Positions 18,301-26,998 of a stretch of 64,000 nucleotides of DNA are shown one piece after another (position 1 is the stretch's first letter; the number at the start of each line of letters is the position of its first letter). Source of the stretch: Myxococcota bacterium. Lineage in GTDB: Bacteria; Myxococcota_A; Polyangia; JAAYKL01. Position numbers and translations under genes: made by a program. The notes below the pieces were generated by a model that saw only the letters and a program-made list of their open reading frames with translations, had not been told where the DNA came from and did no database searches. The stretch is taken from positions 461 through 64,460 of the forward strand of contig JANQET010000490.1 of the NCBI GenBank assembly GCA_028278265.1, written 5' to 3'.

Positions 18301-19287
18301 CTACTTGGCGATGGAGGGTTTGAAGGGGAAGTGGAACAGAAAACCGATGGCGATGCTCTGGTTCCAGTTCCACTTGCGATCGTCCTTGTTGATCCGACCG
18401 TCGGGATAGTCACCCTCGCCGCCGCCCTCGGAGTACGTCCAGGTGTAGATGGGGTTGCCTTCATCATCTTCCCCGATCGACATTTGTTCCCACTCACCGC
18501 CCGATTGACCCGCCTCATCGGTTCCACCCGCGTTCCATCTGAACGGGGTGACGCGATACTCCAGGTGTACGGCGAACCAGTCGTTGAAGTAGGCGGCAAA
18601 GCCTGAGCCGAAGGAGAAGACACCCGTAGTGCGACTATCCCGCGTCGGTTTGTAGTCGTTCGGATCCAGTAATTCGCCGGTGGATTCGTCGAAATAGGGC
18701 TCACATGTTCGGCTGTCCACATCGTCGGTATAGATGCAGTCGGATCGTTCGTCGAACATCACCACACCGCCACCGAAGAAAATCTCCCAGTCGAGGCCGA
18801 CGAACAGCTTTTCGAACATCGACATTTTGCCTCGGAAGGGCACCAGCGAGACTTGACCCAAGAACATCATCTTGAGCTGTGCGACCTGGTGTTTGAAGTT
18901 CGCCGAGCCCGTATAACTCGGGTAGTTACTCTCCGAGGGGACGGTGGACTCGCCACCGATATTACTCGCATCGGTGATGTGGTCGGTCAGTTTGGTCGTG
19001 ATGTTGAGGGCGTAGTATCCCACGCCGCCGATACCGAGCCAATCGGTGAGGTTGAACTCGAGGCGGCCGCCGAGCAAGATGTTGTGCATGTAGTCGTTGA
19101 GAATCGTGTAGCCCACCTGCGGTCCCACGGAAACGCGGAGCTTGCGGTATTGAATGAGCTTGCGAACCGCCGGTTCTCCCGCCAACGGACCTTCGAGGAG
19201 AATCTCCTGGGCGAGTACGGGTTTGGAGACGGTCAGGCTGCCCAGAATCGCCGCTGCCATTGCCAACGCCAGTATAAATCGCATCAT
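18301..19287 (-). CDS. Outer-membrane beta-barrel, GltA/GltB-type (myxobacterial gliding)
   Basis: Signal peptide, LLEGPLAGEPAVRK, amphipathic strands ending IAIGFLFHFP; tandem with a paralog near glt genes. Confidence 0.75.
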   Translation of the reverse strand: MMRFILALAMAAAILGSLTVSKPVLAQEILLEGPLAGEPAVRKLIQYRKLRVSVGPQVGYTILNDYMHNILLGGRLEFNLTDWLGIGGVGYYALNITTKLTDHITDASNIGGESTVPSESNYPSYTGSANFKHQVAQLKMMFLGQVSLVPFRGKMSMFEKLFVGLDWEIFFGGGVVMFDERSDCIYTDDVDSRTCEPYFDESTGELLDPNDYKPTRDSRTTGVFSFGSGFAAYFNDWFAVHLEYRVTPFRWNAGGTDEAGQSGGEWEQMSIGEDDEGNPIYTWTYSEGGGEGDYPDGRINKDDRKWNWNQSIAIGFLFHFPFKPSIAK

Positions 19288-19310
19288 TGTCCTATCCTCC
19301 TGAACCAACA

Positions 19311-20300
19311 TTATTTGGGCAGTTCGTACTCAAAGGTGAATGGAATGAACAAACTCAGACCCACGTGAAACATGACATTATTGGTTAGCTTGTGTTCCTC
19401 CTGCAACCATTTGTCCGGGTCGCGGCGATCTTCGGCGCGGGCGAATGTCTCTAGGCTCTCGAGCTCCTCGGGAAAGATGTAGTCTCGCAGTTCGAGATAG
19501 ATAGCGGCGAACCGGGTGAGGTAGAGCCGTCCGCCGATGCCCAGGTTGAAACAGAATTTCATCTTGAAGTCGAATTCTCTGAAGTCGGGATCGATTACCG
19601 GTTGCGGTCGGGTAAAAATGAAACCACCCCCGCCGAGAATCCAGACATCCCAGTGGAAGATCCATTGGGTGTGTGATCCGAATAGGGCGAACTTGCCGTA
19701 CATCGGCACATAGGTGAAGTTGAGCTGGCCGCCCCAGAAATATTGATTGATCGGAACAATTTGGTGGCTGGCGCGGCTGACCTCGAAGTTGAGCTCGGAT
19801 TCCGCCTCCAGCCAACGGTAGAAGTTGAAGCTCACACCAGCGGCGAGCACCTCGGTGATATAGTAGGCCGCGCCCAGGTTGACCGATTGATGCTGCATGT
19901 ACGGATCATTCATGGAAATACCGAATGACGGTTGCACATCGAGGCGACCCCGGCGCAGGGCATAGATTTGTTGCACCGCCCAAATCGGATGGCGGGCTTC
20001 GATCGATTTCTCTTTTTCTTCAACATCGATTCCGGCAGCCGCTGCAGCCTCTTTGTCGACCGACACATCGCCCTCGTCGGAGAGCGCGCTCAATATGTCC
20101 GCCTCTGATACATCCTCTCCGGTTTCCTCGGTCGCTTCTTCAGATGCCGCTTCCTCTTCGACTGCCTCTTCGGGTGGTTCAGCCTCAACTTCATCCTCGC
20201 TAAAGGACATGGTATTGTCTTCTTCCTGCGCGAAAATCTGTGAGGGCAGGAGGACGAGTGTGGCCGACATCACCATTCGTTTGAAGATTGCTCTGTTCAT
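19311..20300 (-). CDS. Outer-membrane beta-barrel, GltA/GltB-type, acidic N-terminal linker
   Basis: IWAVQQIYALRRGRLDVQP..MNDPY; terminal NNVMFHVGLSLFIP. Confidence 0.78.
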   Translation of the reverse strand: MNRAIFKRMVMSATLVLLPSQIFAQEEDNTMSFSEDEVEAEPPEEAVEEEAASEEATEETGEDVSEADILSALSDEGDVSVDKEAAAAAGIDVEEKEKSIEARHPIWAVQQIYALRRGRLDVQPSFGISMNDPYMQHQSVNLGAAYYITEVLAAGVSFNFYRWLEAESELNFEVSRASHQIVPINQYFWGGQLNFTYVPMYGKFALFGSHTQWIFHWDVWILGGGGFIFTRPQPVIDPDFREFDFKMKFCFNLGIGGRLYLTRFAAIYLELRDYIFPEELESLETFARAEDRRDPDKWLQEEHKLTNNVMFHVGLSLFIPFTFEYELPK

Positions 20301-20395
20301 CGCCTGATCCTCTCGCAACAGCTGTGTTGCAACCTGTGCCGAGTGTAACTATTCAAAATAATTTGCTTTTTTTTATGCTACGACATTGGCCGATA

Positions 20396-20425
20396 ACTAT
20401 AGCATAACGACCAAATTGCTTTCAA
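20396..20425 (-). promoter_or_regulatory. Putative sigma70 promoter for the barrel pair
   Basis: TTGAAA-N18-TATAGT with extended -10 TG, in an AT-rich spacer. Confidence 0.5.
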
Positions 20426-20500
20426 TATATTTGTCGCCTCCGGTTATATTGTTGCGTTTGCCTAAGCGAAGAACGAAAAAAAATATGTTGTGAGGCACCG

Positions 20501-21769
20501 TCAAGCGTCTTCAGAGTTGGATTCTTTGAAGAACAGCGCTTCGATAAAATCGTCGACTTCGAATGTTCGAAGATCTTCTTTTGCTTCACCGATGCCGATG
20601 TAGCGAATGGGCAGTTTGTGCTCGTGGCAGATGCCGATGATCACACCGCCTTTTGCCGTCCCGTCCAATTTGGTCAGCACTAGACCGGAGATGTCGAGGG
20701 TCTCCTTGAACATCGCCACTTGCTGGATCGCGTTCTGTCCGGTCGTCGCGTCGAGTACCAGGAGAACCTGGTGTGGTGCAGCGTCATGGGCCTTGGTCAT
20801 GACCCGCTTGACCTTTTTGAGCTCTTCCATCAACGGCGTCTTGGTGTGCAGTCGCCCCGCCGTATCGGCGATGACGATGTCCGCGTCGGACTCCTTGGCT
20901 TTTTTGATCGCGTCGAAAACAACCGATGAAGGGTCGGCGCCCTCTTTGGATTTGACGACCTCGGCGTTGGCCCGTCGTCCCCAGATTTCTAGTTGGTTCA
21001 CCGCAGCCGCGCGAAAGGTGTCCGCCGCAGCGAGAACGACCTTCTTGCCTTGATCGGCCCACGTGGTGGCGAGTTTGCCGATGGTCGTGGTCTTGCCCAC
21101 CCCGTTCACTCCGACCACCATGATGGTGTACGGTTTATCGGAATTGAGCGCCAGCGGTACATCGTCGACGCTGAGGACGCGGCGCACCTCTTCTTTGAGA
21201 AACTCCCAAACCGCTTGGGGATCCTGAAGTTCGTTTTTGTCCAGCGCCGCTTTGACCATCGAGACCAGCCATTCGGTGGTCTTCGCTCCGATGTCAGCGG
21301 TGATCAACGTCTCCTCGAGCTCTTCGACGATGGCCGGATCGAGCTCTTTCTTTTCTTTGAACAGATTGCCGATTTTGGCGATCAATCCGCCCCGGGTCGG
21401 TGCGAGGCCCTGGCGGAGTCTTTTCAGTTTTCTGTCCCGCCGTGCTTCTTTCAGCTTGGCCGCTGCTTCCCGTTCGGCGGTTTCATCGACTTCGACGCCA
21501 GGGATCAGTGATTCACGGACAGGCTCTTTGGGCGGGGCCGCTGGGGGTTCTTCCGGTGGGACCGGTTCGAGTTCGGCAGGGGTCGGTTCGGCTTCGGCGG
21601 CGGCCGGTTCCTCCTTGGCGGGGAGTACCTCCTCGGCCGTCGGTTGAGGCTCTGCCGGTGCCTTCAACTCGCCGGCCGGTTTGCCTTTGGCAGAACGGCT
21701 GACAATGAAAATAATTAGAGCGATGACAACAGCTGCTGCAGCGATAATTCCCCAGATTTCGATGGTCAT
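20501..21769 (-). CDS. ftsY: Signal recognition particle receptor FtsY with N-terminal TM anchor
   Basis: GVNGVGKTTTIGKLA, DTFRAAA, DTAGRLH, TKLDGTAKGG; start at MTIEIWG. Confidence 0.96.
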   Translation of the reverse strand: MTIEIWGIIAAAAVVIALIIFIVSRSAKGKPAGELKAPAEPQPTAEEVLPAKEEPAAAEAEPTPAELEPVPPEEPPAAPPKEPVRESLIPGVEVDETAEREAAAKLKEARRDRKLKRLRQGLAPTRGGLIAKIGNLFKEKKELDPAIVEELEETLITADIGAKTTEWLVSMVKAALDKNELQDPQAVWEFLKEEVRRVLSVDDVPLALNSDKPYTIMVVGVNGVGKTTTIGKLATTWADQGKKVVLAAADTFRAAAVNQLEIWGRRANAEVVKSKEGADPSSVVFDAIKKAKESDADIVIADTAGRLHTKTPLMEELKKVKRVMTKAHDAAPHQVLLVLDATTGQNAIQQVAMFKETLDISGLVLTKLDGTAKGGVIIGICHEHKLPIRYIGIGEAKEDLRTFEVDDFIEALFFKESNSEDA

Positions 21770-22134
21770 TGCACGCCTCGAGTTATTTAAGATGCTGATA
21801 TTACAGCATTTTTTGTTGTTCTGCTGATTTGCGACACAGTCTGTTATTACATTCCCGGATACATAAAAAGTCAATAGCTGCCTGAAGTGTAATCGTGAGA
21901 TCGCCGGTCGAGCCGCGCGCAAACCACGCGCTTTTACGCACCTACGGCGTTAAAATGTTGGCCTAATCCCCAGCGTCTCGTATGCTAAAAAAAGGCAAAA
22001 GAACCGAGCCCGTAGCGAAAGCTGAAAATTTTGGGTAGAATATTCCGTTTTCGCAAGAAAAAGGATCGGGAATTTGATGCGTTTGTCTTGTCATTCGTCA
22101 AAAGAGGAGGGAGTGTTCGAAGGGAGTGTTTGGC

Positions 22135-22986
22135 ATGACAAAGGCTAGCTGGCGCTTGGTGCTGGGACTTGGGGTGATTTGGTTGATGATGTCCGGCGCT
22201 CGCCTGTCGGCTGCGGCAGACGCGCGCACTGCCTATCTGATCAACATGCTCGAAAACGGTAGAAATTATCGGCTCAAGGTCCAGGCGGCGACGACTTTGG
22301 GAAAGCTTCGATCCAAGGAGGCCATCCCCGCGCTGGTGCGCGCGTTGGACGATAAAAACGAGCTGGTGGTGATCAGCGCGGCCAGCGCATTGGGCCAGAT
22401 CGGGGAGGTGAAAGTGATTGCCGCGATCGAGCGCGCGGCCAAACGGCACAAATCGCCGGCGACCAAGTCCCAGCTGGAATCCACACTACGAGTGCTGAGA
22501 GCGTTGTCGGTCGATAGCGAGGGAGCTAAGCCGACGAGCGGGAAACCCCGATTTTTGATCCGTGTCGATCCGATGGGCAATTCTTCCGGGGTGAAGGACG
22601 AGCAGCTCACCAAGAAACTTCGCGACGAAGTGAACCGGCGAGTGGGTCGGGAACCGGGGGTCGTGATGCAGGCGGAAGGGCTTTCGGCGGCGGAAGTAAA
22701 GAAGAAACTGAAAAAGGAGAGTCTCGGCGGATTTATTTTGTCCGGCGCGATTCTGAAGTTGTCGCGAGTCGATAACCGCATCACGATGAAGATCGGCCTG
22801 AACGTGTTTACCAACCCCGAGTACAATCTGTTGATGATGCCCACAGCTCAGGCGGCAATCACCCTTCCGTCCGGTGATCTGTCGAAGGCTTCCGAGCTCA
22901 AGGCAAAAGAACGGGCCATGAAATCGGTGGTGAGCAGTTTGGTCAGCACCGTGTTTGATGAGCTCAATCAGTTGGAGCGTCCGTAG
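22135..22986 (+). CDS. Exported HEAT-repeat protein
   Basis: Signal peptide; VQAATTLGKL..AIPALVRALDD..ISAASALGQIG. Confidence 0.75.
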   Translation: MTKASWRLVLGLGVIWLMMSGARLSAAADARTAYLINMLENGRNYRLKVQAATTLGKLRSKEAIPALVRALDDKNELVVISAASALGQIGEVKVIAAIERAAKRHKSPATKSQLESTLRVLRALSVDSEGAKPTSGKPRFLIRVDPMGNSSGVKDEQLTKKLRDEVNRRVGREPGVVMQAEGLSAAEVKKKLKKESLGGFILSGAILKLSRVDNRITMKIGLNVFTNPEYNLLMMPTAQAAITLPSGDLSKASELKAKERAMKSVVSSLVSTVFDELNQLERP

Positions 22987-23023
22987 GGGAGAAAAAGACG
23001 CGCTTCGAACGGAGGGAATAGAA

Positions 23024-23650
23024 ATGAAAGCTACCCAACAGGCAGAGCAGACGCCCGATCCGCAGCCTGCCAAACGGCGGCTTAAAAACTACCTTCTCGA
23101 TCCGCATTTTCAATTGCGGTGGGTGCTGCGCGTGGGGGTGGCGACGGCGATTATCGTTTCTATCATGGGGTATTTTCTCTATGGAACGATGTCCGATGCC
23201 ACCGATCAGCTCCTCGCTCAACAGCTGGGCAATCCGGATTTGACTCCGGAAGCGGAAAAGGCGTTCTTTTCCCAAAACGAGCAGGACAAGGCGGCAACCC
23301 TTTGGACATTGGTGGGGGGCTTGATCGGTCTCGTGCTGTTGCTCAGCTTGGGAACGATTGTCGTGACGCACAAAATCGCCGGTCCGATCTACAAGATGCG
23401 GCGGCTGTTCGGCACCATTGACGGAGACCACCTCCAACTCTGGGCCAAGCTGAGAAAAGGGGATGAGCTGCAGGACGCGTTTTCCGATTTTGAGGCGATG
23501 TTGTTGCGGCTGAGAAAACATCGACACCGGGACCTGGAGGAGCTGGCCGAGGCGCGTCGGCTCATGGCCGAGGAGAAAAATCCGGACGAAGCGATAGAGC
23601 TGCTGGACGGACTGGCGGAGCGCTACAAAGACAGTGTGAAGATGAATTAA
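23024..23650 (+). CDS. Two-TM HAMP-domain protein with no output domain
   Basis: RLKNYLLDPHFQLRW, two TM helices, HKIAGPIYKM..LRKGDELQD. Confidence 0.75.
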   Translation: MKATQQAEQTPDPQPAKRRLKNYLLDPHFQLRWVLRVGVATAIIVSIMGYFLYGTMSDATDQLLAQQLGNPDLTPEAEKAFFSQNEQDKAATLWTLVGGLIGLVLLLSLGTIVVTHKIAGPIYKMRRLFGTIDGDHLQLWAKLRKGDELQDAFSDFEAMLLRLRKHRHRDLEELAEARRLMAEEKNPDEAIELLDGLAERYKDSVKMN

Positions 23651-23664
23651 TCGTCCGGTGAGCG

Positions 23665-24018
23665 TTAAAAGGCGTTTTCGAAATAGTCGAACTGCATGGA
23701 ATTCCAGATAATGGTCGCCACATCGAAGCGAATCGGGCACGGCGCGATGTTGTTTTTAATCAGATAGTACTCGGCGGACCGACGGATATGACGCTGTTTG
23801 TTGGGAGTGATCGTTTCTGCCGGGTGGCCGTACGTGGTGTCTCGACGGGTCCGAACCTCGATGAAACACAGCGTGTCACCGTCCATCGCGACAATGTCGA
23901 TTTCGCCGATTTTCTCTCGCACGTTGCGGTCGATGATCTTGAACTTGCGTTGGACCAACCGGTCGCAAACGAGCTCTTCGCCGCGGGACCCTTTTTCAAT
24001 GGTGTTTCGTTGGTTCAT
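23665..24018 (-). CDS. yraN: YraN family protein (UPF0102)
   Basis: GSRGEE, GEIDIVA, FIEVRTR, RFDVA. Confidence 0.92.
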   Translation of the reverse strand: MNQRNTIEKGSRGEELVCDRLVQRKFKIIDRNVREKIGEIDIVAMDGDTLCFIEVRTRRDTTYGHPAETITPNKQRHIRRSAEYYLIKNNIAPCPIRFDVATIIWNSMQFDYFENAF

Positions 24019-24104
24019 TTTTCGTTTTCGTCGAGGGGTGTGAGTTGGGCAGGAGGTTCGGGAGCGACGGCATCGGATTGCTCCCCCTTCCCGAATGGGG
24101 GCGT

Positions 24105-24626
24105 CTACTCTTCGATGATGGCGTCGTCCTCGCGTTTGGCGCAGCTCCACTCCCAGGGTTTCTCCCCATCCTCCGAAGGCACGCAGATCTCATCCTGGTT
24201 GCAGGGGTTGCTGGCAATGCAGCTGGGAATACAGTAGTCGCCGATCACTTTTTCCGGAGCTTCTTTAATGTCGCCCAGCACCGGCTCACAGAATGTGTTT
24301 GGCGGACATTCGCAGAGTTGGTACTTGTCGGGGTTATCCTCGTATGTATGTCCATCCATGTCCCTGCATCGACATGAACAAAAGGAGTACTTTGCTTGGG
24401 TCTGCTCGAAATTCGGATTTTTCTCGACTTGCGTCAGGCACACCCGGGTCTCACATTGAACCGAGCGCGTTTCGATGGAATAGGTCACCCCCTCCAATTC
24501 CATGTTGTAGTCCCCCTCGTCCGTCTCGGAGAGACAAGGAGCTCCAACCATCTCGTCCCCACAACTTGAGGTAAACACGGCGCCGATCACCACCAATACA
24601 GCAATTGAGAAAAGACTTTTTTTCAT
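24105..24626 (-). CDS. cglC: Gliding-motility lipoprotein CglC/GltK (AgmO)-like
   Basis: Lipobox TSSC; VGAPC, SVQCETRVCL, FCSCRC, CECP; Cys-rich; beside the glt genes. Confidence 0.65.
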   Translation of the reverse strand: MKKSLFSIAVLVVIGAVFTSSCGDEMVGAPCLSETDEGDYNMELEGVTYSIETRSVQCETRVCLTQVEKNPNFEQTQAKYSFCSCRCRDMDGHTYEDNPDKYQLCECPPNTFCEPVLGDIKEAPEKVIGDYCIPSCIASNPCNQDEICVPSEDGEKPWEWSCAKREDDAIIEE

Positions 24627-25122
24627 GATTCGGATGCTCCTTTTTGTCCCAAACATGTGTTGTAGTCGCAAAAAGCTTATCAATCTCGTGTAGATAGATT
24701 AACTACCCGTCAATGTCAAGAGTCCAGCCGCGCCGGCTGCAACAGCCTGGTAGTCTACTCCTTTTCTTAGTTTTCTTCTAGCGCAAATAATATGAATTTT
24801 TCTTTACTGTTTTGTGGAAGTAAATTTCGTTTTAAATTCAATTTCAATTACTTTTCATTAAATATAATGGTCCGAATCAGTTGGGGATTGGTGGGTAAGA
24901 TGCTCGCTCTGCGTCGGCGGTGTTTTACAAATATTGCATTTTAGCTGAAAAAGTAGAATCATAATTATAATCGCAAAACACCCACTAATTTTTCGAAGAG
25001 CCTCATCACGGGTCGAGGCATGGGAATTTGATTGTAATTTTTATCTATTTTAGACAGAATTATGAAAATTCGAAACGAGGCCAATCCTCTGATCGACGAA
25101 AAATACCGCGAAGTGAATTCCC

Positions 25123-25151
25123 TTGACTTTTGCCAACGATACTCATAGCAT
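25123..25151 (+). promoter_or_regulatory. Putative sigma70 promoter of the gltC-G operon
   Basis: TTGACT-N17-TAGCAT in an AT-rich divergent intergenic region. Confidence 0.5.
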
Positions 25152-25294
25152 ACACTGTTGACATATCGTCTAATGCTATGAAATTTTTATTCATTTTGAA
25201 TTAATAAGCTTGCTGGAAAAAAGGACGAGCCGTTTTCAAATTTTGGAACGGAAATCATTTTTATAATGGTTTCATGTGAAAAGAGGACGTACTG

Positions 25295-26992
25295 ATGAAA
25301 AAAAATGAGGTGTTCGCCGGATTATTGGTCTTCATGTGCATCGCCTGTGTCGGTTCTGTGGCGGCAGCCCAAGATATGGTCTTTACCAGCTCGGATGTCG
25401 GAGAGGTGGCTGCACCGCCACCACCGCCCAGCGGCCCACCGAGTGAAGCGTTGGCCAATGCCCTCCGCCTCTACCAACAAGAGAGTTACGCCCAGGCAGC
25501 AGTGCAGTTCCAACGAATCGTCCAAGGGGAGACCAAGGACGAAGCGGCGAATGTGCAGAAAGCGCAGTTCTTTCTCGGCAAGTGCTTTTATCACTTGCGA
25601 TACTATCAGGCAGCGCTCGGTGTATTCGAAGAGATCGCCATGATGTCCACCGGCCACCTCTATTTTCACACCTCATTGCAGTGGTTGGCTCAACTCTCGC
25701 GGGAGCTGCCCGAACCCGCCGGCATTATCGGGCTGGTGGGTCGCTATGGCGGATCGATCTCCGTGCTCAAGGAGTTCAACAAGCCCGAGACCAAGGATTT
25801 GTACAACGAGCTCCTCTACTTGATGGGCCGTCACTGGTACTCTCAGGGGGAATTTGCCAAGGCGCGGGACTTTTTCCTCGAGATCGATCGGGACAGCGAC
25901 CTGTTTATTCCGGCAGTGTTTTTCGTCGGGATTACCCATGTACAGCAGCGCAAGGCGGCACCGGCGGCCAAGGCGTTCAAATCGATTGTCGACAAGTTTA
26001 AAGATACCCTCTTTTTGGGGGACGAAGAGGAGCGCTTCTTGAATCTCGGGCGCATTTCACTGGCCCGGATTTATTACTCGACCAGTCACTGGGCCAGCGC
26101 GGTCGATTCCTGGAACGCCATTCCCCAGGATTCCGAACACTACCTGGACGCACTGTTCGAGGAGTCGTGGGCCTATTTTCAGACCGATCAGCTCGATCGC
26201 GCGCTGGGGAACATCCATACGATTAACTCCCCCTATTTTGATGAAGAGTTCTATCCCGAGTCCCTCATTCTGAAATCGGTGATATTTTTCGGACAGTGTC
26301 TCTACGACGAAGCGAACATCACCATCAATGAATTCAGAACCAAGTACGAACCGATTCAAACCGAGCTGCAGAAGGCATTGACGAAATTTCAGGACAACGA
26401 GACGTTCTTCAAATTTCTGCGCAAGCTGCGCGAAGTCGAGGACGTCTCCGAGTTGGAGGTCGAGGCCAGCACTGACGGGAAAAAGGGTAAAGGGCCTGCC
26501 AAGACTGTATCGTTGATGGGATTCACAACCGAGGTGATCGATGTCATTCGCGGGGCATTGGGCGATCGAACGCTGCTCAAGAATTTGGAGTACGTCGAGA
26601 TTCTCGAAGACGAAGAGTCCCGCCTGAAAAAGATGCCACCGATGTTCATCAATTCGACCGCCGGTGTGCGGATTCAGCAGGACATCAACACGGCCAAGGC
26701 GGTGGCGATCGACAACACCGGTAACCTGGCCCGCTCGCGATACGAGCGAACACTCAGTGAGATTCAAAATTTCCTCAACGAGGCCACGCGAGTGGAAATC
26801 GAAATTCTCAAAGCGCTGCGCGGCGAAATCGAGCGGGAGCTGGCCACCGAGTCGGAGCAGGTGGGTCCGGACTCCCAGTCGGCGAGAATCTCGAGTGATG
26901 CCGAACATGTCCTCTGGCCATACGAAGGTGAGTTTTGGCGGGACGAGTTGGGATATTACAAACAACCGATCAGCAATCATTGCGGGAGGTAA
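25295..26992 (+). CDS. gltC: Gliding-motility TPR protein GltC
   Basis: Signal peptide, TPRs, QKAQFFLGKC, DALFEESWAYF, ALGNIHTINSPYF, HVLWPYEGEFWRDELGYY. Confidence 0.8.
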   Translation: MKKNEVFAGLLVFMCIACVGSVAAAQDMVFTSSDVGEVAAPPPPPSGPPSEALANALRLYQQESYAQAAVQFQRIVQGETKDEAANVQKAQFFLGKCFYHLRYYQAALGVFEEIAMMSTGHLYFHTSLQWLAQLSRELPEPAGIIGLVGRYGGSISVLKEFNKPETKDLYNELLYLMGRHWYSQGEFAKARDFFLEIDRDSDLFIPAVFFVGITHVQQRKAAPAAKAFKSIVDKFKDTLFLGDEEERFLNLGRISLARIYYSTSHWASAVDSWNAIPQDSEHYLDALFEESWAYFQTDQLDRALGNIHTINSPYFDEEFYPESLILKSVIFFGQCLYDEANITINEFRTKYEPIQTELQKALTKFQDNETFFKFLRKLREVEDVSELEVEASTDGKKGKGPAKTVSLMGFTTEVIDVIRGALGDRTLLKNLEYVEILEDEESRLKKMPPMFINSTAGVRIQQDINTAKAVAIDNTGNLARSRYERTLSEIQNFLNEATRVEIEILKALRGEIERELATESEQVGPDSQSARISSDAEHVLWPYEGEFWRDELGYYKQPISNHCGR

Positions 26993-26998
26993 TCAGGC

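Noticed and set aside
21770-22134. SRP RNA or tRNA near ftsY
   Set aside because: No GGAAGGAAGCAGC loop or cloverleaf/TTCGA arm found
24950-25030. c-di-GMP (GEMM) riboswitch in the glt leader (GCAAAAC..)
   Set aside because: Lacks the paired GNRA tetraloop/receptor architecture
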